A stretch of DNA of 64,000 nt from NCBI GenBank assembly GCA_964270895.1, contig OZ185436.1. One strand, 5' to 3'. Positions 12,587-23,943 of the stretch are shown one piece after another; position 1 is the stretch's first letter; each line of letters opens with the position of its first letter. The position numbers were made by a program, and so were the translations under genes. The notes under the pieces were generated by a model that was given only the letters and a program-made list of their open reading frames with translations, searched no databases and was not told the DNA's origin. This stretch comes from Podarcis filfolensis. Taxonomy: Eukaryota.

Positions 12587-14667
12587 ACAACTGCAGCTGT
12601 GTGGGAAACACTTTAATCTGAGTGGCTCCTATGCAGCTCAGCATTGTATTTGATCTTCCTTGCGTTGATGCTGTAGTACCTGCCTTTCCCACCGCCTCAT
12701 ACGTAAATGGAGTGTTAATGGGCAGATTGTTCAGTCCTCATAATATTGACAACAGCAGGTGTACACATATATTTGGTCTTACAAATAAATACAGAGAGAG
12801 GAGCATTTCTTACAACACTTGAAACATGTTTGGATATAATAAAATGTTCTACTCTCATTCCAGTTATCTACAGGTAGATCATCTATTATAAATAATGTTG
12901 ATATTCCCCTTGTTCTCCACAAATCTAAAGTTGATGCAACAACTTAAACAGATTGAGAATCCCAAGAGGCAAATAGGTTGGGGTTTTCAAGCTCCTGTTT
13001 TTATTGCACTCCCTTACAACTTCCTAAAAAGTATCTCCTGAAAGTCAAAGGATTTATGGGGTAGGATTCAGTGTGACTTGAATATGCCCCCACCCTCAAT
13101 CAGTTTTCCAGTTGTGTATGGAGCTCTTTGGATCTCAGCCACAGCCGGTATCCCATAATTTGAAGGAGTGCTCAACTATTAATTTAAATCTCTATCTGGA
13201 AAAAACCCTGATCTTATAGACTGTTGCTGTGAGAACAGAACATGCTCATCTTTCTTTTGAATCTTTTGTGGATTTGCCATTTGACTGCCAATTATTCTGC
13301 TTTCACTCCTTTAGTGGAAGTTAAGCTTACCCGCTCTTTCCACATCAGCATTTAGAAAATGTCCTAGAGATGAGACACATTACCAGCTGGCCACCACAAA
13401 TAGCATCTTCTGCTGCCCTAAGGAGACAGATGGAAGGAGTTAATTTATAACGACAGCTCTCACTTGGGAGTCTTTGAGGCTAGCTAATGATGTTGTGAAG
13501 ATTAGCACTGTCCTTCCTAAGGAGGTCACTTTCCCTAACCTGTGTGCTACTTGCTGTAAAGAGCATGGCTCCATTAGCTTGTGGCACGCACAAAATAGCA
13601 AAAGGGGCCACAATAGGCATTGATCTCTTTTGTAAAGATAGGGGCATGGAAATCTCATGTTTTTGTGGAGGTGCCTGCCAAGCAACTAGTCCACACCAAG
13701 ACAGTGGGAAGCATTTTTCCCCCCAAGAAGGGGGGTAAATACATTGAGCAATGCCTAATACAAATCTCTATCATTTAATAGAGGATAGAAAAAGAAAATG
13801 AAACAGATTTGTGCAGTGCTTCATATGGAAATGGTAGTTGTTAGCTCACCCTGTTGCACGACTATCAACACCAGGTGGCTGTGCTGGCACTGCATCCTAA
13901 GTAACCATCTTCATAGACTTGCTGTTAGCTTTGAGTAAACTTTCTGTGGAGGAAGCAACTAGATAGAGCATGGGACCACCAAAATATGTGCAGAAGCAGA
14001 TTAATCCCAAAAGATTTCACCTGATTTTTAACTGGCTCAAGCATTTGCCATACGGTTGTTACTTTTAAATTGACTGTTTGGTATCATTTACCTGTATTGT
14101 CTAAATTAGCACTGCTAGTTCAAATAACCATGGTCTTGAAATTTGTAATCATTTAAGTATGCTAGTGTTTACGGACAAGACATGTGCACGTGGTTGCATA
14201 TGCCATGCAATGCTATGTAAATACTGTTTGTTTCCATCTTCTGGATAGCGCAAATGTATTGTACATCATCAAGCTGCTTAGATAAAAGTGATGCTTATCT
14301 TTGCATAAAACTCCATCACAGTTTCCCATAATGATTTAAGATCTATAGTGGTAAATGCCCAATCTGTCTGTCTTTTGGATATGCTCTACAACATAATTCA
14401 CCTATTATAAGACTTTAGGAGGGTCTTGTTACTGCAGTTGTTAAAATCTCCTATTTGATAGCATATCCATGTACATTCTGAAGGGAGATGCTCCTATCTG
14501 AAAATGAAGTATGACTTCCTAATAATTGACTAAAATAAAATATCATTAAAAAGAAATACAAGTACACATGTATTAGAAAGGGAATTGTTCCTTTTATTAC
14601 TGCCAGCCATTTATTAAAAAGGCAATGGTTCTAGTTTAATTAACCGAGTTGAGAGCAGCAGATGGAG

Positions 14668-14799
14668 NNNNNNNNNNNNNNNNNNNNNNNNNNNNNNNNN
14701 NNNNNNNNNNNNNNNNNNNNNNNNNNNNNNNNNNNNNNNNNNNNNNNNNNNNNNNNNNNNNNNNNNNNNNNNNNNNNNNNNNNNNNNNNNNNNNNNNNN
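14668..14799. other. Assembly gap (132 N)
   Basis: Run of N. Confidence 1.
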
Positions 14800-16127
14800 C
14801 TGTGATGTAACCCATATAATGTACGCAAACACTAAAAGCAGAATAATTGAGCTGCTGGTACTCCTTGGAAGGGTGTGACTGCTCAGAGGTGAATTTTTTT
14901 AAGGACAAACGGCAACAGCTAAGGCCATCACTTTTTCGGTACTTTCAGAGGAGGAAACTGCCAACTAGAAGCCTAAAGCCCTTTATTAAAGACATGGTGG
15001 CGGAGAGTTGCTTCACCCAAACATTTTCCTTCACAGAAAATATATATATCTGCAGAAAGTGCCTATTTTTTTGTATGTATTTCTCTCAGAGGGCCAATTA
15101 ATGTCCACAATTTTAATAATTTGAATGGGGGCTTTCCTTTTAGGGCTAATAGCTTGGAAGGAACTGTAGCATCCTTGTGTACAGCATTCCCATTCCTGCT
15201 CAGACATCCCCACCTGCGGCAACCATCCTATTTAGTTTGGCCCTCAAACTTGACATAAGGAGATGTACAGAACAATGACCAGTGCAGAGGCTGTGAATCT
15301 TTACCATTTTGATAAAAAATGTGTAGGAAAGAATAGTAAAGATACTATATTTTGTAGTAAATAAATCATTAGTATCTACAACTGGGACTTTCAATGTTCT
15401 TATTCTGAAAAGAAAGCAAACTTATTAAAAAATGAATACCAGTGCAGGTTTTATGCATTAAAACCTTGAATCTGAAATCCTGTGCAAGTCATTCCTGCTT
15501 TCAGTCTCACAAGATTTAACATGTAAGGAGGCCTTTTTAAATTTTTCATTCTATGCAGCATAATAAGCAAACAAAGGCATTTCTCCAATAAAAGACTTGT
15601 TCTGTTTCTTATATCTAGTACGTGAGTTAGAATTGCATTAATCTTTACTGTGTGATATTTCTTCCAAGCCTACGCTGGGTCTTCACCAGTTTTGCGTTCC
15701 ATGCAACCTTGGTAAATTATTACTGAAATTACGAAGTAGAATATAGACCACTTGCATTGATGTACAAGTGGTGGGATATAACTGAACCATAAAAGCAGGC
15801 ATAATTCGATTTGACAGGTTTGTTTGTGTACAAAAAAGAAGGAAAGAAAGACTTCAGCCATGTATATGCCTTGTGACATTTTGTTTTGATTGGACTATCA
15901 CCCTTCTGAATCAATCTTCATTTAACGCATGATCGTTTGTGGTGCTCTCTTCCATGCTTGTGCATGCCAGAGTAGTGAAAAAGTTGAGGGTGGAAACTCC
16001 CCACAAACTAGTCAAAGTAAAGCACAAGAGTATGATTGCATACACACCCAGGTTTTGTTCCTGCAGCCCGGTTTGCAGGATTGCCACATATTTCAGTTTT
16101 TGTACCATGACAACCATCCTTGTATAA

Positions 16128-16210
16128 CAGCCATCAGTGGTAAAATATCTTGTATTGAGGGATAGAATTTGACTTGAGAACTGTGCCCTTAAGTACTTTG
16201 AGCTTCAATA
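16128..16210 (+). repeat. 83-bp intronic element, copy 1 (copy 2 at 17634-17716)
   Basis: Ungapped alignment with copy 2, 73/83 identical; flanks unrelated. Confidence 0.9.
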
Positions 16211-16358
16211 CGCTTGATGGATTGCACCATTTCCCAGAACTGTATATCTTGACTCCACATACGAGATATTTAAATATAAAATTTAATATTTGATGTGAAC
16301 TGCTACTGGTGTGGGGCTGTGTTCACTAATTTACAACAAGTCCTTTGATTGGTTGTAG

Positions 16359-16445
16359 GTGGAGCCACTGACCCCTTCGGAGGGTTTGCGGACTTTAGCT
16401 CTGCTGCCGCCGCCTCTGCCTCAGCAGGCTGCCCCCCATCACAAG
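16359..16445 (+). CDS. CLINT1: CLINT1 coding exon, about exon 9 (AP-1 gamma-ear-binding FGGFADF motif)
   Basis: ttgtAG|GT...CAAG|GTacag; 87 nt; (G)GATDPFGGFADFSSAAAASASAGCPPSQ. Confidence 0.96.
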
Positions 16446-17633
16446 GTACAGTGCCAAGGGAGTGGAACAGAAAGATGACCTCTCAAATTTTGTTCTCTTA
16501 CTACCTGAAAGTGTCTTTTCTTCCAGAATAGATTAAATTCTATGTCGAGTTCTCATTTTAAAGGTGCTATATTCTGCCGTGTTGTATTGTGATGTAGTTT
16601 CATTTTATTATGACTTATTCCCTATTCGGGGCAGAGGGATTAATTATTTGGGGAATGAGCTTTTCCTTTGACCCTTCGCCCAGGGGTGGCTTACCTTTTC
16701 CAGCTCAAGGGCCACATCAAGGGTTTGCTACACCTTTGAGGGTTGCATAGATCATGTGCACTTGGACACACACACTTGCAAAATCCACCCAGGTGAAAGA
16801 GGGGGACGAGCAGCATACATATGCACACCCCCAGCAGAGAGGATGCGCGCACACACAAATGAAATAATTGCTCTGGAATGGTTTTTACAAGCACCAAAAT
16901 GAATTTAAATGAATTAATACTGCAGTAATGATCATTACTTTGTCTCCCCTCACAAACACCTTTACCATTAATTGAAGCTAACTGAAATACTGGGCTGGAA
17001 TGATTTTCACAGGTACCAACAATGAATTTCAATTAATTAATACTGAGTAGTAGCTATTGCTATAGTATAGTATGTTGTGTACTCCATCCCCTTTCGCCTG
17101 TAATGGTATTCTTTTATGTGATCTGCAGTAAGCCTCTTAAGAATTGTATTCTACAAGTCCACATTTTATATTAAAGTACTCTCTTGGAAGAAGGCTAGAA
17201 TTGACCCAAGAAACATTTAGAATTCGACAATAGATGCTGTGCATAAGGCAGGATTGCTACATGTCCTAGGAGGGGACTGTTAACTTGTGTGTACTGATTT
17301 ATTTAAGTTCCACACAAACTAAAAATTGTCCACTGGGGAGAAAAAACATGAAAACTTCACAGTAAGAGCCCCTTGTATGGGTGAGGAAGCTTATACAAAT
17401 GTTATGATTGGCCCTAAAATACTGTCTTTTGTTGTATTCTTGCCACACTGCTATAATAATTGCTGTTACCCAAATTACTTTTTAAAAGACCCAATGAATT
17501 AATGTTTTATTACTGAGCAAAGATAGCTGGTCAACAGAGCTGGGATTGTTCAAAGAGTTTTGAACCAAGCAGTAGCTAAAACAATTGTTCTACCACAAAG
17601 CATATTGCATAGAAGAAGGTGTGGTGTTTCTTG

Positions 17634-17716
17634 CAGCCATCAGTAATAAAATGCATTGTATTGAGGGATAGGATTTGACTTGAGAACTGGGCCCTTAAAT
17701 ACTTTAAGCTTTAATA
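17634..17716 (+). repeat. 83-bp intronic element, copy 2
   Basis: Direct-orientation match to 16128-16210. Confidence 0.9.
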
Positions 17717-19601
17717 ATGTTCTGCCTTGATTTTACAGGTTATTGAAAATTTAGGTTTGTGGTGCTCAAATCCTATTATGCTAATAATGCAGTCTAAGCT
17801 TGATAATACTCCTTTATCAGTGTTAATATGATTAATCTCCACCAATCACCTTTATGCAAGCAGCCAGCAATGATTAATCATTCTTGAGCGATAAAGCCCC
17901 CCCAGAAATCTTTTGTTGATTAATCATCTTTGGTAAAGTTCCCCGAAGAGTGGCATCAAATGCTTCTGTCTTCTCCCCCTTTCCTTTATTTGTGTTTGGA
18001 TATGAGCATCCCGTAACTGGAGAATCAGCATTTACTTATCCATCAGGAATACTTGTAAGTGTGCTTAAATTTTTAATAGGCAGTACTAATTGAAATATTC
18101 CCAATAAAGTCCCTTTTGTAAGGGAGATCAAAGCAAAATGTTTCATTGTGGCCCCAAGCTAATGAATTCTAGCCCAGCACTTGCGTTAAAGTGGAGTGCA
18201 CAGATAAGCGATGGATGTACTTTTCCCTCCCTGCCCTTCCTTACTTAAATTTTAATCCACCTGTGGAGGAGAAATTAATTAAAACAAGGGTTTTATACCC
18301 AGGCGAACAGGTACTATTACGAATTATTGACATGAAATGTAAATTATTGCAACCTTTTTAAGATTAGGTGAGTTAGATTCTAAGTAATAGGCAGGTTTGT
18401 AGATCACTAATTCCTAGCTGGCTGTACAGACCAGATTATTCTGAATTCAGCAGGGTCTCTCATCTCTCAGACCTGTCAGGTGAACATTGATTTAAAATTT
18501 TGAATGCTTTCTTTTCCATCTGCACTGATGAGGCCTAACAGTTAAAGGTAAATTGCAAGTTGTTCAACTGTGTGAAAACCAGTGCTGGCATGTGTGCCCC
18601 TGTGTGCCTTTGTCTGTGCATCAGGCTACAATAGTAAGATCTACGTAACTGTTGCACTTCAAAACTGAAATACTCATCAGTGGCTAGCAATTGATAATCA
18701 TACCAAAGGCTCATTCGCTTTAAAAACCAAACATCTATTTCCTCATGATCTTTACACCTTGGAGCTTCACTCACAAGTTTATTCCAGTAAAATGTGTATT
18801 TTTAAAATATGTAAAGACAGGCAGACTGTCGTTAAAAGAACTAAATGTCTTGCAGCTCTCTATCTTTTCACATGGTGTACAAAGATTTGAGAGCGTGTGA
18901 GAGCTTTGAATGCATATTTATCAAAGCTCCCATAGAGCGCTAAATAAATACTACACAATGCTGTTAACAAGCACAACAGAGGTGAGATAAACACCCTGAG
19001 GCAACTGAATTTGAAAGCCCATTATTTTATTGGTATCCCACTTAGCTGTACCAGTTTAATAACTCTATACAGCAAGTAATGTATATGTAATCAGATGAGT
19101 TTGAACAAATTGCTGTTTTTATGACTTCTTGCGACTGTGAGACCAGCCTTGTTCACAGTGATTGATTCAAAACATCAATGAGTTAATGTTTTCAGCTTTG
19201 CTTAAGGCTCCCAATTTTGAGCTACTGGCAATTTAGATACTGAACTTCTGCTATGCTTCAGGTGTCTCTTATGCCTGCCACATTCTTATGTGTTGAAAGT
19301 GGATCCTGCAGATTTGCCTGTTAGGAAATCTATGTCCCACTCATGTGGACTCCACAGGTGGCACATAACCAGCCATACTTTAGCACTGGTGTGGCTGTTT
19401 CATTCTTATGCCCCCCCCCTTTTGCTATCCTGTTAAAATTGTTGGAATATTCATGAGGGAGGGTAATGTCCAGATGGAGATCCTACCTGCAGATGTTAAT
19501 CTGGATGGACATACATCGGCTCTCATTTGTTTCACTTCATGGAATGTGGCATTTGCTCTGTGCTTTTCATAAAGACTCTTACCTTTCTTTTCCCTCCCCA
19601 G

Positions 19602-19897
19602 GTACAACTGCAAGTGGGAATGGAGAGTTTGGCGACTGGAGTGCCTTCAACCAAACCTCTCCAAGCCCTGCTGCTTCAGCTGGAGAGCTCTTTGGTGGCT
19701 CTGCTCAGCCAGCTGTTGAGCTCTTTGGTGGCTCTGCTCAGCAGAGCCTTGGCCAGCCTCCAGCTGCTTCAAATCCTTCTGACCTCTTTGATTTGATGGG
19801 TACCTCCCAAGCCACCATGACCTCTTCCCAAAGCATGAATTTATCTATGATGGGTTCCAGCACTGTCAGCATCAATCTACCTATGTCCAGGTCACAG
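19602..19897 (+). CDS. CLINT1: CLINT1 coding exon, about exon 10
   Basis: cccAG|GT...CACAG|GTatgg; 296 nt; (G)TTASGNGEFGDWSAFNQ...SDLFDLMGTSQATMTSSQSMN...LPMSRSQ. Confidence 0.98.
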
Positions 19898-20288
19898 GTA
19901 TGGTGCTGTTCTGCAGTCCCTTGACTGCTGTTTACTCAACGGATAGTTTTGACACACGCTTAACTTAAAGCATCTTTTCTGTGGCTCTGAAAGTGTTTTC
20001 TTGCCTTTTTGCTTCACTGGCCCCTCTTTTCTTCAAGATTCAAGTAAATTGAGAGAGGAAACATCTAAAGCAATCTAAGAGTTGTAGAACATAAGGAAGA
20101 CTTCAAACTTGTGACACTTTGATTGTAGCAAGGGGGATGAGGGTGGGGAGTGCCACCTGTTTCTGGCTCACATATAGTTTTACCCAGTTTAAGAGTAGTT
20201 GACTATTGAAAACAAGTCTTTGGACTTGGAAAACTTAGCAACTAGTTGATCAGGTATGGTCTGAAGTTGCATGAGGCCATTAACCTAC

Positions 20289-20385
20289 TGAAATTAAGCA
20301 AGTCAGGGTCTGGTCAGTGCAAGACCTCATGGAAATTACTTGTGTGGGTTCCATGATGGAAGAAAGGTGGAATATACTGTAAATG
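20289..20385 (+). mobile_element. Degraded 5S-rRNA-derived (SINE3-like) element with L2-type tail
   Basis: GAAATTAAGCAAGTCAGGGTCTGGTCAGTGC resembles the 5S segment GAAGCTAAGCAGGGTCGGGCCTGGTTAGTAC. It is followed by GGGTTCCATGATGGAAGAAAGGTGGAATATA. A related copy lies at 59776-59852. Confidence 0.5.
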
Positions 20386-20735
20386 TAAGAAGAAGAAAAC
20401 TAATTTTCCAAAGCATCTAAAATAGAAGGATGGTTCAGAGAAAGTATTTTTAGGTAAGGGGGGAAGCAAGGCACTTCTGAATTACCATTCTTGGCACAGT
20501 TCCAGAAGACTACCAGATGATAGGTAAAGTACTTAAAGAGATGCTCTTGAGAATTTTATGAGCATGAACTTCAACTTTCTTCAGTTCTCTTAGGAGAACA
20601 TAAATGTCCATCTGTTTCTCTTTATGAAGACTGGATGAACTCCTCTCTCTGATAAATTATAGCTGTAAAATACTGTGTTGGCAATTCGTAGCATAACTCT
20701 AAAGATCTCTTTTTTTCTTTCTTTAATGCTTCTAG

Positions 20736-20940
20736 CCTTTGCACGGTGTTAACCCAATGATACAGAAGCCTAATCCACTTTATAATATGGGCACAGAGAT
20801 GGTTCCCAAAAATGTAGGCAAAACCCTGCCATCCACTTGGTCAGACCCTAGTGTAAATATCAGTTTGGACAATTTAGTTCCTGGTATGCAGCCTTCCAAG
20901 CCCCAGCAACCATCACTCAACACAATGATTCAGCAACAAA
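20736..20940 (+). CDS. CLINT1: CLINT1 coding exon, about exon 11 (long form with 18-aa 5' segment)
   Basis: ttctAG|CCT...CAAA|GTaagt; 205 nt; PLHGVNPMIQKPNPLYNMGTEMVPKNVGKTLPSTWSDPSVNISLDNLVPGMQPSKPQQPSLNTMIQQQ(N). Confidence 0.97.
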
Positions 20941-21788
20941 GTAAGTAATACAATTCTTGCTGTGCATGTATTTCAATGAGGTCACACTTCACAATATATT
21001 CTTGATCAAAGGGTGGGTGGGTGTTAAAAAGCTCCAGAACGCTAGACTTCCTCAGCACCTATAAATTCTCTCTTTTCCGTGACCAGAGTATATTATCTGC
21101 AACTTCGTAGCCTTCTACTATTTAAAAACTCTCTTGCTTGAGTATGCACAACTTTTGATTGACCAGCCATTCATTGGGTTCTGCCTTTTGTTTTTGCGAT
21201 CCCAGAGAGCATGTGACTGGTGAGCCAACTATGTTCAGCTTGATGGATCACAAACTATATCGGCCTGCTTGTGCTTTGAATTTTCCTCACCCTGATCTAA
21301 TGATATAGTGCAGCCTTTAAAAGCTTTTTATGATGTCTCTTCCCAAACTCTTGAACAGTCAGCCCCCAAGCAGTGAAAGGGGATTCTTGTTCAACAGAAT
21401 TTTCGTTTTCTTCTCCCTTTCCCCCAGTTTCTGAACCAGGTACTAACAAAGTTGTGCCTAAAAAGATCTAATGTAGAGGGAATACACTATATTTGTGGAT
21501 CCCTGAGCATAATAAATAAGTGGATATCTAGACAAAGCATGGTTTGGCCATGGAGAAAGAAGAGAATTGGAGGAAGGGGAACTGTGACAACTAGGATTTG
21601 TGCTGGACTTCAGTTGTCAGGCATATAGAAATATGTTGGATGATGCCTTTAAGGATCATCTTTGTTTTTAATATACAGCCAATACGTTAAATAAGGGTGG
21701 GGTGGGAATATACTTGCATTTTCTTTGAATGATAGAAATATCATAAAAAAATCACCTTAACATTTAAAACTTCATTTCTGCCCCGTAG

Positions 21789-22144
21789 ATATGCAACAAC
21801 CGATGAATGTGATGTCTCAGAATTTTGCAACCATGAGCCTCAACTCACCACCCAGCATGATGCCTGCTCGACCTCCTGCAAACCCATTGATGGGCGGGCC
21901 TGTTCCCGTGGGAATGGGAATGCCCACTGTGATGACTGGCACGATCGGGATGGCCTCCATGGGAGGCACACCTATGATGAACCAGGGCATGATGGGAATG
22001 AATGTGAACATGGCAATGCCAACTTCTGGAATGGGTTTGTCGGGCATGGGCATTACTAATATAGCTGTGGCATCCTCCATGACTCCCGGAACTGTGCAAC
22101 CTAAGCAAGATGCCTTTGCAAATTTTGCAAATTTTAGCAAATAA
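21789..22144 (+). CDS. CLINT1: CLINT1 last coding exon (Met-rich tail, stop TAA)
   Basis: ccgtAG|AT ATG...; encodes (N)MQQPMNVMSQNF...TVQPKQDAFANFANFSK*, with the conserved CLINT1 C-terminus. Confidence 0.98.
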
Positions 22145-23575
22145 AGATTGTAAACCAATCAGATTGAATGAAGGATTTTAGCTGCACAAATAAAGCTGGG
22201 ATAAGGGTTGAAAATGCTGATCAAATGCTTTCTCTTTTTCTTTTATTGCTTACTTTAAAGGAGCCCATCTAAAGAACCCAAAGGTCATTTTGTAAACTCC
22301 CAACCTACTTTTGTTCAAGTTTTGGTGAAGAAAACGTCCTCCACCGAGTGATATGGTTGATATTGCAATCACTAGGCCTTGTTTTTTAACAAGAGAATTA
22401 AAAGCCTTTCTTAGATGGCAGAACCAGTTTTAACTTTGAAACTTGTGGAAACTCTGGAATTTGGGGCCTGGGTATATCTGTGTGAATCTAATTTTATACT
22501 TGATTTCTTTTTTCCCCTCCTGGAATCTATTTATCATAATTGGATCCGTTCCTTTTCCTACCACTGAGTCAAATTTGAAGTCAAAGTATGCTGATCAATT
22601 TTTTATAAGAATATATATATATTTTTGTCCAAAAAAAAAATGGCTTACATATGTGATTATGGCTAATTCAAAGGGACCTGGAATGTATATATACTTTTGC
22701 TACTCTTCCAGCAACACTGCTATACTATCCAAATTTTTATTATAGACCTCTTTAAGCAATTTGCTGATGAATAGGGTGGGACGGGTGGGGTTTTCCTACC
22801 TCTTTCTGCTTTAGTACACAATGCAGAACTGGTAGAAACTTCATTCAGACTGCTGTATGGTTTCCTTTCAGAGAACTCTAGAGAATATATATATATGGTT
22901 GGGTTTTGGTTGGGGTGGTTTTTCTGCAGCCATACTCCAGTGAAAAGTGGCAGCCCCCCTTGGGGTCTCTGGGGTCACTGTTTACATCACTGACAGTCAA
23001 AATGCAAGAATTTTTTTTTCTTGCAACACAAAAAATGAGAAACAGCATCTTTAAATTAAGAAAGAACACCTCTAAACTTTTTGTTAATCCAACAGCATTG
23101 GATTCTAAATTTTATACATTTGGTGACTTCACTTGTTTTATGTAAATATGGCCTTAGCAATTGCGGAATCCAATAGAAAGGGATTAAATAAATATATATA
23201 AATGAATAAATATATAGATTATTATTATTATTATTATTAAAGGAAACCTGTAGCAGTCAGATTTTATGGATTAATGAAAATAAAGGAAATGAAAGAATAA
23301 ATTAAAGGCTTTTTCTTTTCCTGCTATGATTCTGCATTTAGGTTCAAACACAGATCATGATTTTTAGTCTGGGATGCAGAGGTTCAGTTTATATTCACAG
23401 AGCCAGGGCTGCTACTGAGAATGAGTACTATATTCTAGGTATGAAACTTTATTGGCTCCCCTTTCTTATGTTGGATATTTTTTATTATTATTAAATTGAT
23501 AAAACTTTATTTCCATTGTATTCATAATGTTCTGTTATACATAACATTAAAGTGTTCATTAAAAACAATGTTGGG
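22145..23575 (+). other. CLINT1: CLINT1 3'UTR (approximate end)
   Basis: AU-rich sequence after the stop. Proximal AATAAA at 22189-22194; distal tandem ATTAAA at 23546-23551 and 23558-23563, followed by a U/GU-rich stretch. Confidence 0.65.
23546..23563 (+). terminator. Putative CLINT1 polyadenylation signals (tandem ATTAAA)
   Basis: ACATTAAAGTGTTCATTAAAAAC with a pyrimidine/U-rich downstream element. Confidence 0.6.
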
Positions 23576-23771
23576 GCTGCTTCTCCTTTCATTCCATTTG
23601 ACATTTCATGAGAGCAGTGGGGGGGGGAGAGAAATAATTATAATTTGGGCAAAGTAATTTTTATAAATAATTTAAAATTGTTTAATGACTTTTTATCTCC
23701 CGCCTTCCCTATCTGACTCTACTGTTAGGAATTAAAAATGAAGCAGCGCAGATATCTTGACCCACTCCAGC

Positions 23772-23943
23772 NNNNNNNNNNNNNNNNNNNNNNNNNNNNN
23801 NNNNNNNNNNNNNNNNNNNNNNNNNNNNNNNNNNNNNNNNNNNNNNNNNNNNNNNNNNNNNNNNNNNNNNNNNNNNNNNNNNNNNNNNNNNNNNNNNNNN
23901 NNNNNNNNNNNNNNNNNNNNNNNNNNNNNNNNNNNNNNNNNNN
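23772..23943. other. Assembly gap (172 N)
   Basis: Run of N. Confidence 1.

Noticed and set aside
21817-22158. Antisense ORFs over the CLINT1 last exon
   Set aside because: Shadow frames of a low-complexity Met-rich coding exon.
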